A DNA stretch of 64,000 bases from the human T2T-CHM13v2.0 reference genome, Homo sapiens, in NCBI RefSeq assembly GCF_009914755.1, contig NC_060931.1; one strand, 5' to 3'. Shown in pieces: positions 1 through 14,760 of this stretch. Every line of letters starts with the position of its first letter. Position 1 is the stretch's first letter. The notes under the pieces are model-generated. The model had not been told where the DNA came from and did no database searches. It worked only from the letters and a program-made list of their open reading frames with translations. The position numbers and the translations under genes are program-made.

Positions 1-329
1 CGGACTCAAATAAGAAAATGTACAATATTATTCTTTAAATAAGAGCATAAAATTCTTTGAAGAAAAAAAATAAAAGGAAAGTAGCTAATTGGCCAGGATT
101 TGGTAATAATGTTTCTTAAGACAACAAAGAGGAGATAATGATCCTCACACACAGAGCTCTAGGGATGCTTAAATCTTACAACTATTGAGAATGACATTTC
201 TGCTTCACCTTGGACAGAGTTCTTAAAACAAAACATTTCCTTTTCATTTGTTAAGATGTGATACTGGTTATGTGGCCTTTAAATTGGCTTCATTAAAATC
301 CGTTTGCCTTAAAGGTGATTTGGTATCAG

Positions 330-2560
<2,231 letters not shown>

Positions 2561-2679
2561 ATAATTGTCAACAAAAACCTTTATTTTATGGAAATATGAT
2601 CCACTGTTCTTTTCTTTGTTAAAAATAATAACTAATTTGTAAAAAGTAATTTGCCTTTTGTTATATGGATGGACAATTA

Positions 2680-2990
2680 CAAGTGCTGGAAAAGATGTAG
2701 GGAAAGTATATACCCTGATGTACTATTGGAGAAATTGTAAATGGGTTCATATTTTTGGTAGTCTGGCAATAGGTGTCAACTAGCAATTCTATCTCTAAGA
2801 ATTTATCCTAGAATTACACAAAGATAACGAATTCTAGAAAACTGGGTCCCAGAAAAATTAGCAATAATTAGCAGTGTTCATAACAGTCAAAAGTTGAAAC
2901 AACTTAATGGCCTATTAATAAATAAATTTAGGCTCCGTAAATTGTGATGAATCTAAACAATAAATTTAAAAGACAATATATATTTATGAT
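2680..2990 (+). mobile_element. Old L1ME-like ORF2 3' fragment
   Basis: gtctggcaata...tagcaattctatctctaagaatttatcctag and gcagtgttcataacagtcaaaagttgaaacaac resemble the L1M 3' region. Confidence 0.45.
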
Positions 2991-3042
2991 CATTAATATG
3001 AAAAATACCGGTATGCCACATTGGCTTTCAAACATTTCTAAA

Positions 3043-3084
3043 AAGTACTTATATATATATATAAGTACTTATATATATATATAT
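3043..3084. repeat. Palindromic AT-rich repeat (AAGTACTT(AT)n) x2
   Basis: aagtactt-(at)6-aagtactt-(at)7; 3050-3083 is a perfect 34-bp palindrome. Confidence 0.9.
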
Positions 3085-4580
3085 AAAGGACACAAAGAAA
3101 TTCAAATATTGTAGCCCTTTCCGTAAGATATATAGGAAGAAAATAAAATGGGAGGGAAAAAGAAAATTAAAGAACAAATTCTATACATAATTATGACAGA
3201 ATAAAAGAGTTGCAGATCAACATGCACAGTATAATCCCTTTGATTAAAATTACATATGTATTTATCATCATGGAAAAATTAATAGCTGTTGCCTATGAAG
3301 AGTGGGAGTGTTTTTCATTTTCTTTTGTATACCTGTATATATTTCTTGAATTTTCTATATCAGTAAATTGTATATTTAAATTTAAAAAATTAATAGCAGT
3401 AAATTTTGAATCACATGCTTCACTATTTCAGTAATGAACAGAACATTTCACCCTAAACTATAACAACAGACTACTAAATCTTTCATAGAAGGGATTCTAT
3501 GAAAATGCTTTTAACATATATTAAAATATAAATACCAGGTTTAGAAGCCTATTCTTTCCCCATTCCCCCTCCAAAGAAAATCTCAAATTTGAAATGGTAT
3601 TTATTCTACCGGAGACCTTCACATAATTATAATTTCATCTGGGTTCAAATGACACAATGCTAAGGCTAAGACACAATGCCTCTATTCAAGGGGTATATAA
3701 AGTATACATAGAAAGCAAAAGAAAAATACAAATGTAACCACTTTATAGGATAAGACAGAATATAGGTGCCACTGGAGTAATCAAAACAGCAAGCATTAAT
3801 TTTAGGGAACATCATTTTCTGAGGAAAGAGAAACCAGAGGAAAAGCAGGAAATCTCTTGGAGAAGGAAGCGTTTTACATCCCTTGCATAATTTTCAACCT
3901 TTCTTTTCCACCTTGAAGCTTAATAAGTTTTTGGGATTATTGGTGATGTTCCATTATTATCTGGGAAAATGTAGAGGGCTGTTAACCTAGTCAATAAGAG
4001 CTTCGAGACATGCTGATTTCCTAGGGAGAAAGTTACTTGCAGATGCCTCATCTCCCAACTCAACTCATCACATTATCACCCCAATACAAACTTCATTAAA
4101 AATCAAGCAAAAAAAAAAAAAAAGAAAACAATAAATATTGCTTTTCTTATTGTCCAGATTTCATAACTCATCGAAAAAGTTGGCAAAATGTAAACAAGTT
4201 TCTCTATATTTTCACCATTCATAGGTTTAAAATTATTTTAGCCAACTTTACTGCTACACAGTAGAGATTTCCAAAAAATTATTCGTCTCAGTTTCACCAA
4301 TTCCATATTACCCCAGAATTTTTCTAAAAAGGGTTCCATTCATCTATCTCTGGATTACTATCATTATTTCAATCTGAGAATGCAGATAAAAGAAATCGTC
4401 AAATGAGGAAGAGATTAACTTACCTTTGATTATTATCAGCTCCAATTTTCTATTTCCTTTACCTAACTCTAATTCAAAGTTTCTGCTTTGTCTGAGAATT
4501 TTTTAATTACAAGAAACAAAATAATTAAGGGTTATTTTTAACAACAGTGCGATTTATATTTTAATGCCAGATGCATTATT

Positions 4581-4918
<338 letters not shown>

Positions 4919-5086
4919 TTTATATTATATTTCTAACCAGGAAATATACCAATTTTAAACTATTAAAGAATTAAAAGAAAAAATTATAGATTCTCACAAG
5001 AAGGAAAACATTCTAGAACCCAATTAATTTATCTCCTATTCCCATCTGAACTGTGTAACTCAGAGCAAGCTACGGAGAATCAGTAA

Positions 5087-5466
<380 letters not shown>

Positions 5467-5481
5467 TAACGTTGTCTCTCT

Positions 5482-5770
5482 CTCCCTTTTTTATTTTTTT
5501 AGATGGCGTCTCGCTTTGTCACCCAGGCCTGCGATCTCGGCTCACTGCAACCTCCGCCTCCTGGGTTCAAGCGATTCTCCTGCCTCCGTCTCCCGAGTAG
5601 TTGGGACTACAGGCGCGTGCCACCACACCCAGCTAATTTTTGTATTTGTTGTAGAGATGGGATTTCACCATGTTGGCCAGGCTGATCTCGAACTCCTGAC
5701 CTCAGGTGATCCAACCGCCTCAGCCTCCCAAAGTGCTGTGATTACAGGCGTTAGCCAGTGTGCCCAGCCC
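5482..5770 (-). mobile_element. AluS (Sx-like) with small internal deletion
   Basis: Alu body lacking ggagtgcagtgg after acccaggc; TSD aacgttgtctctct at 5468-5481 and 5771-5784. Confidence 0.95.
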
Positions 5771-6679
5771 AACGTTGTCTCTCTTAATTATGCTTTGGGT
5801 TAGATTTCCCTTCATTTTCCAGGCCTGGGCCTCCAAGGGGCAAGAGAATTACTTCAATATTTACACAAACCAGCAGTGATAAATCCTACCCAAAGATTTA
5901 GAGGAAGTTAATAGTCATTTCTTAAAGACTGATTCTTTAGAACTCTTTAATTCTAGAAAACCAAGCTTGTAAATAACATTTAAGATGGTATTAATAAACA
6001 TATGTTTCATTGATTATTAATGTGACCATAACAAAGTATTTGGCTCTCAGAAAAAGGCAAAACAGCCTAAGAATGGCTCCCAACTTTATAGACCTAAATA
6101 CATTAGACAGAAATCATATGTATTAGACATCGAAGGCTTGCTGTCAGGTTTGAGGGCAAAGGACATGATGGAGACTTGCCCTAACAACCAGGAATAATGT
6201 CTTTCTTATTAATATAGAGGTAAACCCATTAGGATCTCACTGTAAATCCTATCTAAAAATAGGATGAAGAAAGAATTCATTCCTAAACTCAATTGATATT
6301 TTTTTTCAAAAAAACTTCCATTAATAAAATAAGCACAAGTGTTAAAGCATAAATCAGAAACTTCCTGCTTTGGATTTCACTTTTAACTTCTCCCCCAACC
6401 ACCTCTCTCAGATCTGTCCACCTCTACTGCTCTCTCTCAGGCCTGAACCTAGAATCTGCTCTCTACGTCACTCTACTGAGGCTATCTTCCTTAAATACTC
6501 CCAACTCAACCATAATCGTTATAAATACTTCCAATATTTGTATTTCTTGTCCTTTCATTTTATAACTGACCCAGAGAAGATTCCACAAACATGATTTCAC
6601 CTATCCTTAAAGCCTCAATTACATTCTTACATACTAATAATTTTATAGATCATAACAATAGCTCACTTCATCAAAAATT

Positions 6680-6790
6680 AAATTCAATAAACTATTTTTG
6701 AGTTGCCTAAAATATAATATTAGGCTGTGGAAAAACAAAAATGAATAAGATAAGGTTCTTGTCCTCAAAGAGTTTAGCTTCTATAGGTAA
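6680..6790 (-). mobile_element. L2 3'-end fragment
   Basis: attcaataaactatttttgag...atgaataagataaggttcttgtcctcaaagagttta matches the reverse of the L2 3' end. Confidence 0.55.
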
Positions 6791-6859
6791 AACAAAATCA
6801 AAATAATAATTACAAAATGAAATTTTAAATATAACTACTGTGCCATTTTTAAAAAGGAA

Positions 6860-7688
6860 CCAAACTTTCATTTGTTGAAGATGGGAGTGCTAAATGGTAC
6901 AGCCACTTTGGAAGTTTCTTACAAAACCAAATGTACTCTTACCATGTGATCCAGCAATCATGCTTCTTCGTATTTACTCAAAGGAGTTCAAAACCTAAGC
7001 CTGCACAAAAATCCAGACAATGAAATATTATTCAGTGCTAATAAGAAATGAGTTCAAACCGTGAAAGGCATGGAGAAAATTTAAGTGCATATTACTACGT
7101 GAAAGAAACTAGTCTGAATATACAGACTGTATGATTCTATACATACTATATGATTCCAACCATATGACTTTCTGGAAAAGGCAAAACTATGGAGTCAGTC
7201 TGACTTGATTTGATCATTACACAGTGAATACCTGCGTTAAAACCTCACATGGTTTCCCACAAAGATGGACAATTATTATGTGCCAATTAAACTTTTTAAC
7301 TTTAAACTTGAGGAAAAAGATCAGTGGTTTCCAGGGGTTAGAAAGAAGAGAGGAATGACTAGATAGAGCACAAAGGATTTTTACGGTAGTGAAATTACTC
7401 TGTATGGTAACAGAATGGCAGATCTGTGTCCTTATAAATTTTTCCAAATCCATAGAACATACAAACCTAAGAGTGAACCCTAATGTAAACTGTGGACTTT
7501 GAGTGATAATGAGGTATCAGTGTAGATCCCTTTGTTGTAACAAATGTGCCACTCTGCTGTACACCATTGGTGGTGGGAAGAGGCTGTGCACAGATGGAGT
7601 CAGGGGACATATAGGAAATATCTGTACCTTCTACTTTATTTTGCTGTGAACCTAAAACTGCCCTAATAAATAAAGTCTATTTTTTTAA
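6860..7688 (+). mobile_element. L1MC1-like 3' end
   Basis: tctggaaaaggcaaaactatggag ... gtgaaccctaatgtaaactgtggactttg ... ttttgctgtgaacctaaaactgccctaataaataaagtctat. Confidence 0.85.
7200..7305 (+). mobile_element. Short L1MA-type 3' tail nested in the L1MC1
   Basis: cttgatttgatcattacacag...aattattatgtgccaattaa interrupts the L1MC1 sequence. Confidence 0.65.
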
Positions 7689-9333
7689 TAGGACTAGAAC
7701 GAGTGACCACAGAGAATATAGCAATTCATTCTGACTACGGAGAAAAAGATGATGCTATGGATGATGAGGCTAGAAATGACTGATCCTGGCTTAAACTGTG
7801 TTGTGTATGCAAGAGGGGCTATCGAATAAAAAATTGTAGGATTCCATCTCTTTTAAAAAGACGATTCTAAGGGAGACAAGAGAAATGAGGAAAGGACTGG
7901 AAAAGAGACTAGACTCAAATGCTAGTAAGGTAAGGAGAAAAGTGAAGCTGTGATAGAGTTGAATGACTTGCAGTTTTGATGTGACACCATCAGGGTGGGT
8001 CAAGTATAAACAGAATGAGTTGTCATTCTATTTAAAACTTTTGAAAAGGAATGCCAATTATGGCTGTCCTTGGCTGTAAACCTCTTTTTGGAATTGGCTA
8101 AAAATCTACCAATTAAAAATGTATTTGTATTAAAAAACTTAAAAATATAAACACTCATGGTAAAATTAAGAGACTATCAGTAATTTATGACTTAGTCTGA
8201 ACTAGCTCTGAACTAGATAGTCTTCCATTAATATTCCAGAAGAAATTGTTTGGGGACATTCTAAGGAGAAAGAAATCACAAAATTTTAACAGTAAAGGAA
8301 AAACCAAGACTGGCAAGAGCAGGCCTAAATGGCATGTAAAAATAGTGTTTTGGGGCTACAAAGAGCAGCTTGAGGAAACAGAGCACCCATGGTGGGGATG
8401 GAGCCATACTTAGCTGGGTGCAACACTTGGTACAAGTCACACATCACGTCCTCCATCAATGTGCAATACAAACTGATTCTTCCTTCACAGGCAACAATTA
8501 TCAAGAACAGGTTTGAAGGGAAAAGATAATCAAAAAATAAAAACGTGCAGCCTCAGAAAACTATGGTAAGTAAAGAGAGTTCTGTCTTAATGCTTAAAGA
8601 AAAAAACTGACTTTTTTGGTAAAAAATAGATCACAGAATAATCTTTTGTTGTTCTTTAAGCAATAAATGGCAGAATCATCTTTCCCCCACATTAGACACC
8701 AGCCTGGAGTCTCTATTGAGTATAAAATAGTGATAGGTCTATGGAAATAGTCCCAAATTACTATTTGCCAAGAATGACTCAGAGTAAAGTTATCAAAAGT
8801 AATTTTACAGTATTTCCAAAGTCCAGCTTCTAATTTAGATTTTTAGTTTTAGAATTCAGAAACCTACACAAATAATTACAGCAGAAAATTTTTTATGGCA
8901 TTTCTCTAAATAATCCCCTAAATTTTTTTTAAACCTATTGAGCTACAATCAGCAACTGTTTCAATACGATTAGCAATCTCATTGGCACTGCAGAAGCATT
9001 ACTATCATTGAAGCTCCGGGCATCAGTGGTAGTCATCAAAATCTCTAAATGGTTTACATTTATGGAATTTCTTTGCCCATTTTCTCCCTTTATTTAAATT
9101 CTTACAGAAAGACTAAAGATTTATGGAGGAAGTTTTTGGATATAAATTATAAATAGCAAATTATGGAGGGAATAATTAAAATATGTCCTATGGAATATTT
9201 GTTTCTCCTTCAAGATAATGGCATTCAGTAAAACCTGGTTCTTTACAATTGGTACTAAGGTATTACCTAACTGGAAGTCCAAACATTGGAAGAGGGATTT
9301 TTACAAAGAGTTTCTGGCTTAAATATTCCAAGA

Positions 9334-9881
9334 CAGTATTAATCCCCCGGTATCCACAGGGGATACGTTGCAAGATCCTCAGTGGATGCGTGAAAACTTG
9401 GATAGTATTAGGCACTATATACTGTTTTATCCTATACTTTCATACCTATGATAACATTTGATTTATAAATCAGGCACAGTAAGAGATTAACAACAATAAT
9501 TAATAATAAAATGGAATAATTATAACAACCTGCCAGCATCTTGCACTTTGGAGACATTATTAAGTAAAATAAGGGTAACTTGAACGCAAGCACTGTGATA
9601 TTCCAAGGATTCGTCTGATAATTAAGCCCCCTACTAAGTTACTAATGAGCAACTTAGTTTTTGAGTCTACAGTGTGGATATGCTGGACCAAGGGGTGATT
9701 TATGTCCCAGTCAGGACACAGCAGGATGGGGTGAGATTTCATCAGACTGCTCAGAACAGCACGATTTAAAATTTATGAATTGTTTATTTCTGAAATTTTC
9801 CACTTAATATTTTTGGATCTCAGTTGACTGTGGCTAACTGAAATTGTGGACAGTGAAACTGCAAATAAGTGGGAACTACCC
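9334..9881 (-). mobile_element. MER44B-like (Tigger7-derived) DNA transposon
   Basis: Degenerate termini cagtattaatcccccggtatccacagg / ...ataagtgggaactacc; internal cattattaagtaaaataagggtaacttgaac and aatttatgaattgtttatttctgaaattttcc. Confidence 0.85.
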
Positions 9882-10899
9882 TACAGGAAAAGCAAAAAGT
9901 TGTGTCAGGTGTTAGACAGTAGGCCATGTTCTTGTTTACTTTTAGTGAAACTTTCCCTGAGTTCTCTAACTGCTTCCGAACCTATGTCAAGTTTTTTGAA
10001 ATTAATCTTACATCGCATAAGTTTAGATGTGTTTTTGGCTTGTCTCCTTAAATAGATTATAAGCCTCTTTAGCACAATGACAAGCAAGTAGGTATTTGAC
10101 AAATGTTTATCAGTTTGATTGGTTACCTATTTGTGATTTCTTTCTCTTTGCTAACCCTGGAATGACCAGATCAATTGGGCTATTTAGCTAGGTTGATGGT
10201 TTTCAATCTGTGCTTCAAAGAACCCCTCAAAGGTTAAAAGGGGAAAAAGGGAGCCAAGAGAATGAGGCTCTAGTCCCCCATCTACACAAGAAAAACAAAA
10301 CAAATAAACAAATGAAAAAACTATGGATCATTAACCCAGATAATATATGTAAAAGATAATTACATCACAGAGCAGAGATGGCCAGCTTCTAGGAACCCTT
10401 CACTGCCACTAGGGAAATGGGTATGTTATATACGATAATACAACAAACTAAACGAATTAGCAAAGAATACATAGAATTTTGCATATGACTACTTGGGATG
10501 AGTCACAATCATCTTTAATTGCCTTTAAATCTGAAGGCTTCACTGAAGTAGAATATCAGTGCTTACTGGCTAACTGACAACTCACTTTTTTGTTCTTCAG
10601 TCCATGAGCCTCTGATTGTTATCCTTCTATGACAGACACAACAGAGATTTTTCTTATGAAATTCATAGACATGCCTAATGAAGGAAATTAAAATCTGACT
10701 TTAATATCATTTAGTAATTAAATACCAGCCTGTTTAAACTAAAATAAACAAACCAGAGATTACGATCTATGGAATTCTTAAGTTTGTATCTCATGATTGT
10801 AATTATCAAAAATTACTCTTTTTAGGTCCAACAATTAGCGTCTACTTTCTTATACCTTTTCTTGATAGTGAGTTTCTATTGCAAGTTAGCTTCTTACTC

Positions 10900-11015
10900 T
10901 AGGCAATATCACTGGTGAAAATAAGGAACATGTCTGCTTTGTTCACGACAGAGCTTAGGGCAGTGTCCAGTACACAGTAAACATTTAATAAATATGAACT
11001 TGTTAAATGGATAGA
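10900..11015 (+). mobile_element. L2 3'-end fragment
   Basis: ggaacatgtctgctttgttcac...cagtgtccagtacacagtaaacatttaataaatat. Confidence 0.6.
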
Positions 11016-11019
11016 AAAT

Positions 11020-11140
11020 GTAATATGATGGATATCCTAATTACCCTGAGTTGACCTTTATACATTATATAAATGCATTAAATTGCCACTTGTATCCTAG
11101 AAATATGTACATCCATTATGTATCAATAAAAAATTTTAAT
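11020..11140 (+). mobile_element. L1MA-type 3' tail
   Basis: tgatggatatcctaattaccctgagttgacc...aaatatgtacatccattatgtatcaataaaaaa. Confidence 0.75.
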
Positions 11141-11289
11141 AAATTAAATTTAATAAATTAATGCCTGAAAATTATTTTCACTAATGTTAACAGCCTTCCA
11201 CAATAGATTAGTCATATTGCAAATTGCCTCCCTTTAAGCACCTTCTTATAATTTTCTCTATCACATCTCAGATACCCATACTTCGGCAA

Positions 11290-11520
11290 AGAAGGCAGAA
11301 TGATATCCTGGAAAACAGCCTTGACTCCACAGTTACACAGCACTTAGTGCACACCTGACTCTCACGCTTGAACTCAAGCAAATAATCAGATATCTCGGAT
11401 TCATAGATAGATGTAGTCTCCTTACTTGTCTTTGAGGATCGCTGTGCATATTAAGTAGAAAATGTATATGAAAGTCCATGTCACAAAATATGGCACATCG
11501 TAGCCATCAAAAAGTGGTGC
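11290..11520 (+). mobile_element. MIR, decayed
   Basis: Weak MIR-like ends (ttaagtagaaaatgtatatgaaag...tggcacatcgtagccatcaaaaagtgg). Confidence 0.45.
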
Positions 11521-12430
11521 ATTTTCTTCCTCTCTCTGCAGCACACTTCTCTGTATATCCAGCTTCATTTGGATCTGATATCTACAAAATGGTTACTCTA
11601 AAATTCCAGCCCACAGGGCTCTGCCTCTGGAACCCGCAGCTCCTCCCCAGCCAATAGCCAAGCACCATTCCCTTGCCACCAACCGGTACCAACATTACAT
11701 CTCCTTCACCACACCAGTAAAGAAATTTAAAACTCTTAGGTAACAAAAAAAAAACAGAAGATTCTAACCTCTCTGCTTCTTTCATTTACTCAAACTCAGG
11801 TTTTAAGTTCTTTGTATTTAATCAAGTAATGCACTTCTAAGGGTTAATAGAAATTTTTATCTAATTAACACTCACTACTTTCTCTAAAACAGACTTTTAA
11901 AGTTAGTGGCTGAAATTTCCTTTCTTGTGTTTTATTACCTTTTGAAATCAAAGTAATTTGAAATCTTGGTACCCATTACTATTTCATTGAACATTTCTTC
12001 AAAATCTTAAGTAACTCAATTTCAATATAAAGTATTAATTAGCAATTTATACCTTCTCAATGTCATAAGTGACCTTTATTCAGAGGTTGTTGAGGTAGTT
12101 CTGTGAGGTAACCAAATTAAATTTCAGCCTTAGGCACAGGCAATTATTTTAAATCAGGTCCTTTAATAGTGACTAAATAGGCACTTGTATTACTTACAAG
12201 GTAACTTATTTCTCCACAGAGAGTTAACAACTGTTGTTCCTTTGTATAGTCATCATGCTTAAGAGTTTTCTATGAAGCCAAATCGAATGTATGCTTGCTC
12301 ATCCACAAGCAGAAAGTGAGGAAATGCCTGCCTGCTCCCATAACAAAATATTTGATTTCAGTTTTGAAAAAACAGCTACCACTTGTCCCAAGGATATCTT
12401 TCTTTTTTTTTTTGGAAAAGGGGATTTTCT

Positions 12431-13208
12431 TTTTTTTATAATTTCAATTTTCATTTTGGATTCAGAGGGTACATATGCAGGTATGTTTTATGGGTGTACT
12501 GTGTGATGCTGAGGTTTGGGATGTGAATGATCCCATCACTCAGGTAGTGAGCATAGTACCCTATAGACAGTTTTTCAACCCTTTCCTTCCTTTCTCCCTC
12601 CCACCTCTAGCAGTCCCCAGTGTCCACTGTTGCCATCTTTAGATCCATGAGTACCCAATGTTTAGCTCCCACTTACAAGTGAAAACACGCAGTATTTTGT
12701 TTTCTGTTTCTACGTTAATTTGCTTAGGATAATGGTCTCTAGCTGTACCCATGTTACTGCAAAAGACATGGTTTTATTCTTTTTTATGGCTGCATAGTAT
12801 TTCATGGTGTATATGCACCATATTTTCTTTATCCAATCTACCATTCTTGGGCACCTAGGTTGATTCCATGTATTTGCTATTATGAATAGTGCTGCAATAA
12901 AAACACAAAGACATGTGTCTTTTGGTAGAAAAATATGTTTTCTTTTGAATATATACCTAGTAATGGATTGCCAAGTCAAAAGGTAATTCTGTTTTAAGTT
13001 ATTGAAGAAATCTCTAAACTGCTTTCCACAGTGGCTGAATTAATATACATTCTCACCAACGTATAAGCATGCTTATATCCCAACAGTGTGTAAGCGTTCC
13101 CTTTTCTCCGCAGCCTCACCAACATCTGTTGTTTTTTGGCTTTTTAGCAGTAGCCATTCTGACTGGTGTGAGATGATGTGTCATCGTGGTTTTGATTTCT
13201 ATTTTCCC
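12431..13208 (-). mobile_element. 5'-truncated L1PA15/16-like 3' fragment
   Basis: ttcagagggtacatatgcagg...gtgatgctgaggtttggg 3'UTR; ORF 12710-12979 reads like the L1 ORF2 C-terminus (FIAALFIIANTWNQPRCP...DWIKKIW). Confidence 0.92.
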
Positions 13209-13700
13209 AGGAGATCTTCTACAAAGCAGTATGTTTTCTGGCTTTGCTTGCCTTCCTTCTCTTTGCCTCTAATTGTATTTTAACCTCCAATCTACACTCT
13301 AATACTAACTATACACTTATCTCCCAATCTTATCCACTTTTTCATTGAGACTATTCTGGAATGGTTTTCCCTAGCCCTCTCATTGATGCTTCTTCCTTGA
13401 TTACTTTGTTTCCCTAAAACAAGAATACAGAAGCAATTTTCACCAAACTGGAACTATCTTGCTAGTATGCTACAGTTCTTAACATCTTATGCCAGATGCT
13501 TCACAGAAAGATATTAAATCATTCATCATGCTATAATAATATTCAATGATTTATTTTTCAAAAAATATTAATACCTTTACCATTTCCATGAAAAAAAAGT
13601 TCAGATTCTATTTCAATCTATCTAGCCCAGAAAACAAGAAAGAAAGCCCTTCTGATTGTCAATAAAACTAGGATGACTTCATGTTCCACTCTTATTTAGC

Positions 13701-13852
13701 TACATATATATATATACATATATATACGTATATACATGTATATATACGTATATATACATGTATATATACGTATATACATGTATATATACGTATATATACA
13801 TGTATATACGTATATACATATATGTATATACATGTATATATGTATATACACA
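13701..13852. repeat. Compound (TA)-rich alternating purine-pyrimidine repeat with TACGTA/TACATGTA cores
   Basis: About 150 bp of R/Y alternation; a 42-bp higher-order unit is seen as the repeated peptide [14 protein letters not shown] in the ORF track. Confidence 0.95.
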
Positions 13853-13881
13853 ATTATTTTGAAAAATTTATGACTGCTTGA

Positions 13882-14003
13882 GCCCAGGGCAATGGTGCAT
13901 AGCTGTAGTCTCAGCCACTCGGAAGGCTGAGGTTGGGGATAGCTTGAACCCAGGAGTTCAAAGTCAACCTGGGCAACAACATAGTGGGATTTGTCTGTAA
14001 ATA
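13882..14003 (+). mobile_element. FLAM_A-like Alu monomer
   Basis: ctgtagtctcagccactcggaaggctgagg...caggagttcaaagtcaacctgggcaac, monomer length. Confidence 0.8.
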
Positions 14004-14005
14004 CA

Positions 14006-14041
<36 letters not shown>
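14003..14041. repeat. (CA)n microsatellite
   Basis: Directly visible. Confidence 0.95.
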
Positions 14042-14043
<2 letters not shown>

Positions 14044-14087
14044 CTCCAAAAATAGCTGGAGTAATAGAATGAGAAAAAAATCTTGCT

Positions 14088-14408
<321 letters not shown>

Positions 14409-14454
14409 TCAGTTCTCTAAGGATGTAAACTAGGCATCACACAGTTGAATTTAA

Positions 14455-14760
14455 TTCCACTTACTCATTCTACAAGTATATATTAAGTACATACTGTGTC
14501 CTGTACTTTGTATAAGAGTAAAATGATACATTGGTGAAGAATTAGAATAGTTCCTGCTTGTGTAAAGCTGAAAGTCTTGTACTCTTACAAACTTTGATAA
14601 GTGAAATGGAGGAAAAGCATAGGATGACTTGAGAGAGTTAGAACCAGGTATCCAAGTTTAGATTGGGATATCAGAGAAGTCATCAATGACTAGGATTTGT
14701 GGAAATCAAATGAGATAGTAGGTGCAAATGTACAGCCCCAAAATAATGGATAAATGTGAG
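14455..14760 (-). mobile_element. L2 fragment
   Basis: actcattctacaagtatatattaagtacatactgtgtc... reverse L2 3' end. Confidence 0.55.
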
